Origin: Alphaproteobacteria bacterium
GTDB taxonomy: Bacteria > Pseudomonadota > Alphaproteobacteria > MPNO01
Direction of reading: 5' to 3'
Assembly (NCBI GenBank): GCA_964291675.2
Contig: OZ219866.1
Location: 2,176,001 to 2,240,000 of the forward strand
DNA: 64,000 nt
The first letter of the stretch is position 1. Each line of letters starts with the position of its first letter. The notes under the pieces are model-generated. The model was given only the letters and a program-made list of their open reading frames with translations, had not been told where the DNA came from and made no database searches. This document shows positions 37,823 to 47,397 of the stretch, in pieces. The translations under genes were made by a program, and so were the position numbers.

Positions 37823-40039
37823 ATGCTTCCGATCACCGGCTATGCCGACCGCTATTCCGTAGCGCCCGGCCAATCCATCGCGTTCAAGGTATCCTCGACC
37901 GTGCCGGAGGACTACGAGGCGCGCCTGGTGCGCGTGATCTGCGGCGACCCCAACCCGGCCGGACCCGGCATGCGGGAACAGCCCGTCGAGGCCGCCTTTG
38001 CCGGAAGCTACCCCTCCCGGGTGCAGCCGATCCACAACGGCTCGTGGGCGCGCGTCGCCGCCACCGCACCGCTCGATGCGCTGAGCAGCTTCACGGTGAC
38101 CGCCACCGTCTGGCCCACCCTGCCCCGCCTCCCCCGCCGGCAGGGTCTGGTGTCGCGCGTCGATGCCGCCACCGGCGCCGGCTTCACGCTGGAGATCGAC
38201 GAGGCCGGCTCGCTTGCCGCCACGCTGAGCGACGGCGCCCGCACGGTCGTCCTCGACACCGGCAAGGCACTGCGTGCCCGCGCCTGGTACCGGGTCTTCC
38301 TCAGCTACGACGCGGGCACGGGCGAAATCCGCGTCGGCCAGCGTGCGCTCGCGCCCACGATGACGGTGGACGATTCGGGCACCGCCGCCGCCTCGGCCGC
38401 CTTCGAGGGCGGATGCACCGGGAGCGGCGATCTCGCGTTCGCGGCGCGGGCGGGCTCGCCTCCCGGCGATCACTATAACGGCAAGCTCGAAGCGCCGCGG
38501 ATCGTGGCGGCCGCCCTCGACCCGGATTCGGCATTCCGCGCCGCGGAGGAAGACCCCGCGCGATCCGGCGAGCGCCTGGTCGCCGCGTGGGACTTCTCGC
38601 GCGAGATGTCGTCGGCGCGCATCCTGGACACCGGCCCGCACGCGATGCACGGCGAGACCGTCAACCTGCCGGCGCGCGCGATGACGGGCTGGCGCTGGAC
38701 CGGCGAGGAGATGTGCTGGCGCCACGCTCCGGCGCAGTACGGCGCCATCCACTTCCACGACGACGACCTCTACGACTGCGGCTGGGAGACCGATTTCAGC
38801 TTCGAGGTGCCCGACGACTTCAGGAGCGGCGCCTACGCGGTGCGCCTCGCCGCCGGCGGCGAAGAGGACATGATCCCCTTCTTCGTGCGCGCCCGGGCGG
38901 GCCGGGCGCAGTCGAGCGCCTGCGTGCTGATCCCCGTCTTCACCTACACCGTCTACGCCAACTTCGCCCGCGGCAATGTCGACGACGCCTATCGCGCGCA
39001 GGTCGCGCGCTGGAGCGCGCGCCCGTGGACGCCGGACGAGCACCCCGAATACGGGATCTCGACCTACAACCGCCATAGCGACGGCAGCGGGGTCGCCTAT
39101 TCGTCGCGGCTTCGTCCGATCCTCAACCAGCGCTCCGGATACTGCGCCTATGCGGACCCCAAGGGCGGCTCCTGCCTGCGCCACTTCCCCGCCGACACCC
39201 ATCTTCTCGCCTGGCTGAATGCGCTCGGCCACGATTTCGACGTCATCACGGACGAGGATCTCGAGGCGGACGGCGTCGGCGCGATCGCGGACTACAAGGC
39301 GGTGATGACGGGCTCCCACCCGGAATACCACACCCCGGGCTCGCTCGACGCGCTCGCCGAGTACACCGAACGGGGCGGGCGCCTGATGTATCTCGGCGGC
39401 AACGGCTTCTACTGGCGCGTCGCGGTGAATGCGGCGCTGCCGGGCGCGGTCGAGATCCGCCGCGGCGAGACCGGAATCCGCGCCTGGGCGGCCGAGCCGG
39501 GGGAGTACTACAACGCCTTCGACGGCGGCTATGGCGGGCTGTGGCGGAACAGCGGCCGCGCGCCGCAGCGTCTCGTCGGGGTGGGGTTCATCGCCCAGGG
39601 CGACTTTCACGGCACCGCCTACCGGCGCCTGCCCGCCTCGCGCGACCCCCGCGCCGCCTGGATCTTCGAGGGGATCGAGGACGACGAGCTTTTGGGCGAT
39701 TTCGGCCTGAGCGGCGGCGGGGCGGCCGGGTTCGAGCTCGACTGGCTCGACCCGAGCCTCGGATCGCCGGCCCACGCCCTGGTGCTCGCCCGCTCGGAGC
39801 CGCAGGACGACACCTTCATGCTGGTGCCGGAGGAGATGCTGAACCACTACGTCAACCGCCCCGGCCTGCCGACCGAGGACCTCATCCGCTCGGAGATCGT
39901 GTACTTCGAGACGCCCAACGGCGGCGCAGTGTTCTCGGTCGGCTCGATCACCTTCTGCGGCAGCCTCCCGCACAACGACTTCCACAACAACGTCTCGCGC
40001 ATGCTCGACAACGTGTTGCGCAGGTTCCGGGCGGGCTGA
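37823..40039 (+). CDS. N,N-dimethylformamidase large-subunit family protein
   Basis: GYADRYSVAPG, LamG-like region, YGAIHFHDDDL, TYTVYAN, STYNRHSDG, GSHPEYHT, MYLGGNGFYW, AAGFELD; start ATG 37823. Confidence 0.87.
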   Translation: MLPITGYADRYSVAPGQSIAFKVSSTVPEDYEARLVRVICGDPNPAGPGMREQPVEAAFAGSYPSRVQPIHNGSWARVAATAPLDALSSFTVTATVWPTLPRLPRRQGLVSRVDAATGAGFTLEIDEAGSLAATLSDGARTVVLDTGKALRARAWYRVFLSYDAGTGEIRVGQRALAPTMTVDDSGTAAASAAFEGGCTGSGDLAFAARAGSPPGDHYNGKLEAPRIVAAALDPDSAFRAAEEDPARSGERLVAAWDFSREMSSARILDTGPHAMHGETVNLPARAMTGWRWTGEEMCWRHAPAQYGAIHFHDDDLYDCGWETDFSFEVPDDFRSGAYAVRLAAGGEEDMIPFFVRARAGRAQSSACVLIPVFTYTVYANFARGNVDDAYRAQVARWSARPWTPDEHPEYGISTYNRHSDGSGVAYSSRLRPILNQRSGYCAYADPKGGSCLRHFPADTHLLAWLNALGHDFDVITDEDLEADGVGAIADYKAVMTGSHPEYHTPGSLDALAEYTERGGRLMYLGGNGFYWRVAVNAALPGAVEIRRGETGIRAWAAEPGEYYNAFDGGYGGLWRNSGRAPQRLVGVGFIAQGDFHGTAYRRLPASRDPRAAWIFEGIEDDELLGDFGLSGGGAAGFELDWLDPSLGSPAHALVLARSEPQDDTFMLVPEEMLNHYVNRPGLPTEDLIRSEIVYFETPNGGAVFSVGSITFCGSLPHNDFHNNVSRMLDNVLRRFRAG

Positions 40040-40060
40040 GCAGCGTACGATACCGGCAGC

Positions 40061-40840
40061 TCAGACTTGCGAGAAATCCGGGCACCATTTCAGGATGCCG
40101 TCCCTGTAGCTCTCCCTGTCCCGATGTGCCGCCGCCCAGCGCCAGACGTTCGGGTAGCTCTCGAACGGATAGCCGCACCCGACCAGCACGAAGTGCACGG
40201 GGATCCAGGAAATATCGGCCAGGGTGTAGCGATCGCCCATCATCCAATCGCGGCCCTCCAGGGCGTTCTCGAGCTTGGCGAAACACGCTTCCAGCGTCTC
40301 CCGCGCGCGGGCGATATCCTGTTCGCCGAACGCGGCGCCGCCGGCGTGTTTTGCGTGAAACTCCTTCAGCTCCTCGTTCTTCTGGAGCGCGTCGTATTTT
40401 TCCTGTTCCGCGGCGGTCTTCTTCAATTTTTTCTGCATCCTGGTCGCGTAGACATAGGGCTTGATCGCCGGCACGTGGATGGATGCGGCGAGACGAAGCC
40501 ATTCCAGCATCTCGTCTTCATCGCCCGCCGCACGCAGCGAGGGTTCGGGGTAGGTTCGGTCGAGATAGTCGATGATGTCGTTGGACTCGATATGGACGAC
40601 GCCGTTGTCGATCAGGGTCGGCACCAGGCCGTTCGGATTGATGCCGAAGTAGTCGTCCGAAATGTTCTCCTTCAGCTTCAAATCGAGGTGATGGCTGGTC
40701 CAGGGCAAGCCTTTCTCGATCAGCGCCATGCGGACCCGCATCGAGCAGTTCGAGATATCGCCGTGATAGAGGTGGATTCCCTCGAATGATTCCACCGACT
40801 TGTCGGTCGGAACGATAACTGCCATGGGAAGGCTCTCCAT
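40061..40840 (-). CDS. Glutathione S-transferase family protein
   Basis: SNCSMRVR, INPNGLVPTL, ESNDIIDYL, YTLADISW. Confidence 0.9.
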   Translation of the reverse strand: MESLPMAVIVPTDKSVESFEGIHLYHGDISNCSMRVRMALIEKGLPWTSHHLDLKLKENISDDYFGINPNGLVPTLIDNGVVHIESNDIIDYLDRTYPEPSLRAAGDEDEMLEWLRLAASIHVPAIKPYVYATRMQKKLKKTAAEQEKYDALQKNEELKEFHAKHAGGAAFGEQDIARARETLEACFAKLENALEGRDWMMGDRYTLADISWIPVHFVLVGCGYPFESYPNVWRWAAAHRDRESYRDGILKWCPDFSQV

Positions 40841-40861
40841 TCAGGTTCAACGACCTCGGCC

Positions 40862-41332
40862 TCAATCCCCCGCGAACGCGATCAATCGTCCGCAGACCAG
40901 CGCGCCCAGCCAGCAGACCATGGACAGCACGGCGTGACCGGCGAGCCGGGCGCGCGGGGCGTCCTTGAGCAGGAGCCCGTGGCGCCGGCAGAGGGCGAGC
41001 GCGGACAGGACCGCGACGGCGATGAAGACCAGCTTGAGCTGCAGGAAGCCGACGGCGCCGTATTCCCGCGCCCGCACCGCGAACAGCAGCGGCCCCGTGA
41101 GCAGGGCGAGCACGAGCCCGCTCGCGGCGACGGGGGCGAGCAGCCGCACCGCCGCCTCGCGGGAGATCCCGCGCCACAGGCCGAGCAGCCGCAGGTTGAG
41201 CGGGACCACGGAGCCGATCAAGAGGGCGATGGCGAGGATGTGCGCGGCATTGACGCCGGCATAAAGCCAGCGGGAGCCCCGCAGGGCCTCGGCCAGCGCC
41301 GTCCCTTCCAGCGCGGCGAACAGGGACTCCAA
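40862..41332 (-). CDS. Small multi-TM membrane protein (DUF6644-like)
   Basis: AHILAIALLIG, LNLRLLG, FLQLKL, GRLIAF; four hydrophobic segments. Confidence 0.7.
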   Translation of the reverse strand: MESLFAALEGTALAEALRGSRWLYAGVNAAHILAIALLIGSVVPLNLRLLGLWRGISREAAVRLLAPVAASGLVLALLTGPLLFAVRAREYGAVGFLQLKLVFIAVAVLSALALCRRHGLLLKDAPRARLAGHAVLSMVCWLGALVCGRLIAFAGD

Positions 41333-41336
41333 GGTC

Positions 41337-41705
41337 TCAGTCGCGCTCGGGGTAGAGCACGTACTCCCGCTTGCCGAGGAACAGCCGCTCCACCTTGACC
41401 CGCCTTTCCGACAGATCGGCGGCGGGCTCGCCGATCACCCGGATCTCGACCCCTTCCGCCAGATCGCCTTCCTTCAGGCCGGCGCGCCGGTTGCGCCAGG
41501 GCTGACCGACCTCGACCCTCCACTCCTCGCCCTCCGCGTCGACCTTCAGGATGCCGTGGGGATTGCCCAGGCGGACGGTCTTGATGATGCCGGTCAGATC
41601 GATATTGCCGCCGGCGGTCCACGACCAGCCGTGATGGGCCAGAGCCCCGGCCGCCGGGGCCGTGAGCCCCAGGGCGAGGACCGCGATCGACAAGAGCCTC
41701 GTCAT
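41337..41705 (-). CDS. Periplasmic OB-fold-like protein (DUF6152-like)
   Basis: Signal peptide followed by AHHGW; NPHG motif; start ATG 41705. Confidence 0.75.
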   Translation of the reverse strand: MTRLLSIAVLALGLTAPAAGALAHHGWSWTAGGNIDLTGIIKTVRLGNPHGILKVDAEGEEWRVEVGQPWRNRRAGLKEGDLAEGVEIRVIGEPAADLSERRVKVERLFLGKREYVLYPERD

Positions 41706-42008
41706 CGTGCGCCTCCGATGCTTCACGCGCTGCCGGAAAGGTTGCGCCGCACGACCGGACAATCAACCCGGCACTTCCCGGACAGGCAGCGGGTCCATGG
41801 CGATCATACCCCGGGAGTATGGACGACCGTGAGGCGGATCGCGGGGGTGGTGCTCCGGACGCCGCCGCCGGTGCCGCGAGAGCGGGTATCGACACCGGCG
41901 AGCAGAAGGTGGCACGCTTGATCCCGCAACGAGGGTTGCACGGGACGGCGGCACCGGGTCCGGCGGAATTCCGGCGCGGCGTCGTGGCGCGGCTCGACCG
42001 GGGGACGC

Positions 42009-43835
42009 ATGGATCCGATCACGTTTTCGATCATCCGCCATCGCCTGTTTCGCGTCGTCGACGAGGCGGTGATCACGCTGAAACACGTGTCGGGCACCGC
42101 GATCACCAATGAGGGCCACGACCTCATGGCCTCGCTCTACCGCGCCGACGGGTCGCTGCTGATGGGCGGGGTCGGGTTCCTGCATCACCTGACCAGCGCG
42201 GCCGAGGCCTGCAAGGCGATCATCCGCCGCTTCGGGGACGATATCCGCGACGGCGACATCTACCTCCTCAACGATCCCTACACGGCGGCGCTGCACACCT
42301 CCGACGTCTATCTCGTCGCCCCCATCCACCATCGCGGCGAGCTCGTCGCCTGGAGCGCCTGCTTCGTCCATGTCTACGACATCGGCGCGACCAATCCCGG
42401 CGGCTTCTGCCCCGATTCCCGGGACATCTTCACCGAGGGCTATTCCTCGCCGGGCATCCGGCTGGTGAGCGGCGGGACCGTGAACCGGGACGTGCTCGAC
42501 ACCCTGCTCAACATGGTCCGGTCCCCGGAGATGGTCGCGCTCGACATCGCCTCGATGATCGCCTGCAACAACGTCGCGCGCGAGCGCATGCTCGCGCTGA
42601 TCGACAGATACGGCTACGAGACCGTCGATATGGCCTGCCGCACCCTGATCCAGCAATCCGAAGACCTGCTGCGCCGGCGGTTGCGCGACCTGCCCGACGG
42701 GGAGTGGCGTTCACGGCAGTATCTCAGCGTGAAGGACGACGTCTATCGGGTCGCGCTCAAGATGACCAAGCGCGGCGACGCGTTGGAGTTCGACTTCTCC
42801 GGGTCGAGCCCGCAGGCGCCGGTCGCGGTCAACTGCACCAGATGGGCCTCGCTCGGCGGCCTGTTCGCACCGCTGTTTCCCCTGCTGTGTTTCGACATCA
42901 CCTGGAACGAGGGGGTCATTCGCCCGATCAGCATGATCGCGCCGGAGGGCACGATCGTGAACTGCACCCGGCCGGCACCGGTCTCGGTGGCGACGGTGGG
43001 CGCCATCCAGTCGGTGAACAACGCGGCCTGCGCGACCATCGGCAAGATGCTCGACGCAAGCGATGCCCATGCCGAACAGGCCACCGCGGTCTGGCACGCC
43101 AACCACTTCGCGGTCTTCCTGTTCGGCCGCAATCAGTACGGGCAGGACTCGATCGGCACGCTGACCGAGACCTTCGCCGGGTCGGGGGGCGGGCGCAATA
43201 TCGGCGACGGCGTCGATGTCGGCGGCGAGATGCCCAACCCGATCTCGCGCATGGCCAATGTCGAGACGCTGGAGAGCACGCTCCCGCTGCGCTACCTGTT
43301 CCGCCGGCGGGTAACGGATTCGGGCGGTCCCGGCAAGCACCGCGGCGGCACCGGCATGGAGTTCGCGCTCACCCCCCACGATGCGCCCGATGGCGGCCTG
43401 CACTGCGTCATCACCGGCAAGGGTGTGGCGTTTCCGATGAGCGACGGCCTGTCGGGAGGCTATCCGGGCGCGCCCAACCGCTACCAACGGGTGCGCAACG
43501 GCGCCGCGCCGGGCGACGGACGGGCGGCCTTCGCCCGGAGCGTGGCCGAGATGGCGGGCGAGCCCGAGACCGTGAGCTGGGGCGTCTATCCGGTGATGGG
43601 AGGGGATGTCTTCTACCTGCGCTGGAACGGCGCCGGCGGGTACGGCGATCCGCTGGCGCGCGACCCGCAGGCGGTGCTCACGGATTGCGAGGACGGCGTG
43701 GTGTCGATGGAGGCGGCACGCGACGTCTACGGCGTTGTGTTCGAGGGCGGCCGGCCGGCGGTCGATCTTGCCGCCACGGCTGCCAGGCGCCGCGCGCTGA
43801 TGGCCGGGCGCATCGGCCGGGCGGAAGCCGGATGA
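42009..43835 (+). CDS. Hydantoinase B/oxoprolinase family (acetone carboxylase alpha-like) subunit
   Basis: MDPITF, GDIYLLNDPY..ALHTSD, HVYDIG..NPGG, DSGGPGKHRGG, GAGGYGDPL.RDP. Confidence 0.9.
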   Translation: MDPITFSIIRHRLFRVVDEAVITLKHVSGTAITNEGHDLMASLYRADGSLLMGGVGFLHHLTSAAEACKAIIRRFGDDIRDGDIYLLNDPYTAALHTSDVYLVAPIHHRGELVAWSACFVHVYDIGATNPGGFCPDSRDIFTEGYSSPGIRLVSGGTVNRDVLDTLLNMVRSPEMVALDIASMIACNNVARERMLALIDRYGYETVDMACRTLIQQSEDLLRRRLRDLPDGEWRSRQYLSVKDDVYRVALKMTKRGDALEFDFSGSSPQAPVAVNCTRWASLGGLFAPLFPLLCFDITWNEGVIRPISMIAPEGTIVNCTRPAPVSVATVGAIQSVNNAACATIGKMLDASDAHAEQATAVWHANHFAVFLFGRNQYGQDSIGTLTETFAGSGGGRNIGDGVDVGGEMPNPISRMANVETLESTLPLRYLFRRRVTDSGGPGKHRGGTGMEFALTPHDAPDGGLHCVITGKGVAFPMSDGLSGGYPGAPNRYQRVRNGAAPGDGRAAFARSVAEMAGEPETVSWGVYPVMGGDVFYLRWNGAGGYGDPLARDPQAVLTDCEDGVVSMEAARDVYGVVFEGGRPAVDLAATAARRRALMAGRIGRAEAG

Positions 43836-44101
43836 GCACCCGGGTCTCCGAGGCGCTGGAGCGCAGCCAGGGCATGATCTGCTGCCGCGCCTGCGGGCAC
43901 GGGATCGCGCAAGCGGGGACGCCCTGGAAGCCGGCGGCGGCGCTCGACGAGGCGCCGATGCGCGGTGCCGGGGGCGCGGTCTACAGCGCCGGGCCGGAGG
44001 TGTTGCTGCGCCGCTTCTGCTGCCCGGGCTGTGGCGCGTTGCTGGATTGCGAGACGGCGCTCGAGGGCGATCCGTTCCTCGACGACGTGATCTTCGGCTG
44101 A
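43832..44101 (+). CDS. Acetone carboxylase gamma subunit-like zinc-ribbon protein
   Basis: From ATG 43832 (overlaps the previous stop); CRACGH and FCCPGCGALL. Confidence 0.8.
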   Translation: MSTRVSEALERSQGMICCRACGHGIAQAGTPWKPAAALDEAPMRGAGGAVYSAGPEVLLRRFCCPGCGALLDCETALEGDPFLDDVIFG

Positions 44102-44144
44102 GGGAGATGCAGATGTACCGTGCCGGGCGCAGGCAGGCGAAGCC

Positions 44145-44831
44145 ATGACCGCGACCGTCCGCCTCGAAGCACGGCCCGGGCCGGTCGAGATCGGGCTCGA
44201 CACCAGCGCGGTCATCGTGAACGACATGCAGAACGCCTTCGTGTCGCCCGGCGGCTATCTCGACAAGGCCGGGTTCGACATCGCGGGCGCGGGGGCCGTG
44301 GTGGACGCCGTCGACACCACGCTCGAAGTCGCCCGTGCGGCCGGGCTGCCGGTGTTCTATTTCCGCAACGGTTTCGATGCCGAGCTTCACGCCGCCCCGG
44401 CCGGCTCGCCCTGGCGGGTAAAGTCCCACGCGCTGCGGCTGATGCGCGAGCGCCCGGAGCTCGAAGGGACCCTGCTGATCCGGGGGAGCTGGGACCACGA
44501 CATCGTCGATGCGCTGACGCCGAGGCCGGGCGACGTCGTGGTCGACAAGACGCGGCCGAGCTGTTTCGCCGGGACCGATCTTCAGATGATGCTGAACGCG
44601 CGCGGCGTCCGCAGCATCGTGGTGGTGGGAATCGCCAGCAATGTGGGCGTCGAGTGGACGCTGCGCGACGGGCTGTCGCGCGAGTTCTTCGGCATCATGC
44701 TGGAGGACGCGACGATGCCGGCGGGGCCCGACTACCTTCAGGCGGCCACGGCGTTCAATGTCGAGACCTTCATCGGCTGGGTCTCCACCAGCGCCGCGTT
44801 CGCGGACGCGCTCGGGGCCGGCCGGCGTTGA
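44145..44831 (+). CDS. Isochorismatase/cysteine hydrolase family (RutB-like), nucleophile Cys replaced by Gly
   Basis: VNDMQNAF.SPGGY, GSWD, DKTRPSCF, GIASNVGVE. Confidence 0.85.
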   Translation: MTATVRLEARPGPVEIGLDTSAVIVNDMQNAFVSPGGYLDKAGFDIAGAGAVVDAVDTTLEVARAAGLPVFYFRNGFDAELHAAPAGSPWRVKSHALRLMRERPELEGTLLIRGSWDHDIVDALTPRPGDVVVDKTRPSCFAGTDLQMMLNARGVRSIVVVGIASNVGVEWTLRDGLSREFFGIMLEDATMPAGPDYLQAATAFNVETFIGWVSTSAAFADALGAGRR

Positions 44832-46351
44832 GCGCCGGCCCCGACAGCGAGCCCGTCCTCGAGCTCCGGGGCATAACCAAGTCCTACCCGGGCGTGTTGG
44901 CCAACGACGATGTGAGCCTGCGGCTCCACCGTGGCGAGGTTCTGGGCCTGCTGGGCGAGAACGGAGCCGGCAAGTCGACGCTGATGAACATCGTGTCGGG
45001 GCTCGCGACGCCGGATGCGGGCAGCGTTCTGGTCGACGGCGCGCGCGTCCGCATACGCTCGCCGCGCGACGCGATCCGCCTGGGCATCGGCATGGTGCAT
45101 CAGCACTTCCTCCTGGTCCCCACGCTGACGGTGGCGGAGAACGTCATCCTGGGGGACCGCCGGCGGTTCCGCTTGCGGTTGCCGGTCGGCTCGCTGGCGC
45201 GGCAGGTGCGCCGGATTGCCGAGCGATACGCGCTGCCGCTCGATCCCGATGCCGTCGTCGGCACCCTCGACATCGGCGCGCAGCAGCGCGTCGAGATCGT
45301 CAAGGCGCTCTACCGCGACGCCCGCATCCTGATCCTCGACGAACCCACCGCCGTGCTGTCGTCGGCCGAGGCCGACCGGCTGTTCGAAACCGTCCGCACC
45401 CTGGCCGGTCGCGGTGCGTCGGTGATCCTGATCAGCCACAAGCTGGACGACATATTCGCGGTCTGCGAGCGCGTCGCGGTCATGCGCGGCGGGCGGGCGG
45501 TCGCCGAGCGGGAGATCGGCGACGTTGCCAGGGACGAGCTCGTCCGCCTGATGGTGGGCGAGGACATCGCGATGCCGGGCCGCCCGTCCCCCGCCGCCGG
45601 CGGCCGGCCGGTGCTTTCCGTGCGCGGGCTTTCCGTCGCCGGGCGCGGCGGCAGGCCTGCCGTGGACCGCGCGAGCTTCGAGCTGCACGGGGGCGAGATC
45701 CTCGGCCTCGCCGGGGTCGATGGCAACGGCCAGAAGGAGCTCGTCGAGTCCCTCACCGGACTCTGTCCCGCGGCGGCGGGGCGGATATTGATCGACGGCG
45801 AAACGCGGGCCGAGCGCATGAGCGTCCGGCGCAGGCGGCTCGGCGGCATGCGCCACGTGCCGGCGGACCGGCACGCCCATGGCATCCTTCCCGGCCTGTC
45901 GCTCGAACGCAACTTCCTCCTGTCCCATTTCTTCGCCCGGACATTCAACCGCTGGGGCGCGCTGCACAACGGCCGCGCACGCCGCATGCTCGCGGGCCTG
46001 GTTGCCAGGTTCGACGTGCGCGCTCCGGGAACCGGGACCCGCATCGATGCGCTGTCCGGAGGCAACCAGCAGAAGCTCGTCCTCGCCCGCGAGCTCGCCC
46101 TCTCGCCCAGGATTCTGGTCGCGTCCCACCCGACGCGGGGGCTCGACGTCCGCACCATCGCGTTCGTCCGCGCGACCCTGCTGGAGCAGCGCCGGGCGGG
46201 CACCGGCATTCTTCTGGTGTCCTCCGACCTGTCGGAGATCTGGGAGCTCTCCGATCGCATCATGGTCATCGCGGACGGCCGGATACGCGGCCCCGTCGCC
46301 CTGGAACAGGCGGATCTGCAACAGGTCGGGGCGTGGATGACCGGGCGGTGA
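44828..46351 (+). CDS. Nucleoside/sugar (CUT2) ABC transporter ATPase, two NBDs
   Basis: GENGAGKST, GIGMVHQHF, DEPTAVL, LSGGNQQK, PTRGLD; start TTG 44828. Confidence 0.9.
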   Translation: MSAGPDSEPVLELRGITKSYPGVLANDDVSLRLHRGEVLGLLGENGAGKSTLMNIVSGLATPDAGSVLVDGARVRIRSPRDAIRLGIGMVHQHFLLVPTLTVAENVILGDRRRFRLRLPVGSLARQVRRIAERYALPLDPDAVVGTLDIGAQQRVEIVKALYRDARILILDEPTAVLSSAEADRLFETVRTLAGRGASVILISHKLDDIFAVCERVAVMRGGRAVAEREIGDVARDELVRLMVGEDIAMPGRPSPAAGGRPVLSVRGLSVAGRGGRPAVDRASFELHGGEILGLAGVDGNGQKELVESLTGLCPAAAGRILIDGETRAERMSVRRRRLGGMRHVPADRHAHGILPGLSLERNFLLSHFFARTFNRWGALHNGRARRMLAGLVARFDVRAPGTGTRIDALSGGNQQKLVLARELALSPRILVASHPTRGLDVRTIAFVRATLLEQRRAGTGILLVSSDLSEIWELSDRIMVIADGRIRGPVALEQADLQQVGAWMTGR

Positions 46352-47397
46352 CCGCCGGCTTCCGCCCGCCGCGCGGGCTCGCCGCGCTCGCCGGCGTCGG
46401 CGGGGTCGCGACGATCGCCATCGCCGTTGCCGCCGCCTTCATCGCCGCTTCCGGCGTCGATCCCTGGCATGCGTTCTCGGTGATGGCGGCGCACGCGCTG
46501 GGGTCGGCGGACGGCTTGCTCGAGGTGCTGGTCCGCGCCATCCCGTTCACCATCGCCGGCCTCGGCATCGTCGTCGCGTTTCGCGTCAACGCCTTCAATA
46601 TCGGCGCCGACGGCCAGATCATCGTCGGCGCGATCGCCGCGGTGTGGCTGGCGACCGCGCTTCCCGATCTCGCGGGATGGCTGCTCGCCCCGCTGTTCCT
46701 GATCGCCGGGTTCGTTGCCGGCGGCCTGTTCGGCGGCTTCGCCGGGTGGCTCCGGGCACGCTACAACGCGAGCGAGATCATCAGCACGATCATGCTCAAC
46801 TATGTCGCGATCCAGCTTCTCGGCCACCTCGTGCGCGGGCCGCTGCAGGAGACCATGCGGATCATGCCGCAGTCGGAGCGGGTTCCCGACAGCGTCGTCT
46901 TCGACATCCTGATCGACGGATCGCGCGTCCATGCGGGGCTGATCCTCGCCGTCGTGCTGACCGCCCTGTTCTGGGGGCTCAAGCGGTTGACTGCGTTCGG
47001 ATACAGCCTCCACGCGGTGGGCAGCAACCCGGACGCTGCGCGCTACGGGGGCATCGACGACCGCCGGGTGCTGACTCTCGCCATGGCGCTCTCGGGCGCC
47101 ATGGCCGGGCTCGCCGGGGCGGTCGAGATCGCCGGGCTGCACCATCGCCTGCAGGAGAATTTCGCCCCCGGCTTCGGGATCACCGCGATCGCGGTCGGGC
47201 TGCTCGCGCGGCTCAACCCTTTGCTCGTGCCGGCGATGGCGGTGCTGTTCGGCATCCTCCATGTCGGCTCGGGCGCCATGCAGCGCGAAGCGGCGGTCCC
47301 GCTCCCCATAGTCTGGGTGATCGAAGGCGTCGTCATCCTCGCCTTCCTGGTCTACGGGCGGCTCCGTCCGGGTTCGGCTTCCGCGGCGGCCGGTTGA
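46348..47397 (+). CDS. Nucleoside-type ABC permease 1
   Basis: FNIGADGQ, EIISTIMLNY, VGSNPDAARYGG; start GTG 46348. Confidence 0.88.
   Translation: MTAGFRPPRGLAALAGVGGVATIAIAVAAAFIAASGVDPWHAFSVMAAHALGSADGLLEVLVRAIPFTIAGLGIVVAFRVNAFNIGADGQIIVGAIAAVWLATALPDLAGWLLAPLFLIAGFVAGGLFGGFAGWLRARYNASEIISTIMLNYVAIQLLGHLVRGPLQETMRIMPQSERVPDSVVFDILIDGSRVHAGLILAVVLTALFWGLKRLTAFGYSLHAVGSNPDAARYGGIDDRRVLTLAMALSGAMAGLAGAVEIAGLHHRLQENFAPGFGITAIAVGLLARLNPLLVPAMAVLFGILHVGSGAMQREAAVPLPIVWVIEGVVILAFLVYGRLRPGSASAAAG

Noticed and set aside
37620-44116. GGAGATGCAGATGT at 37620-37633 and 44103-44116
   Set aside because: A single 14-bp intergenic match without further similarity; cannot be distinguished from chance.
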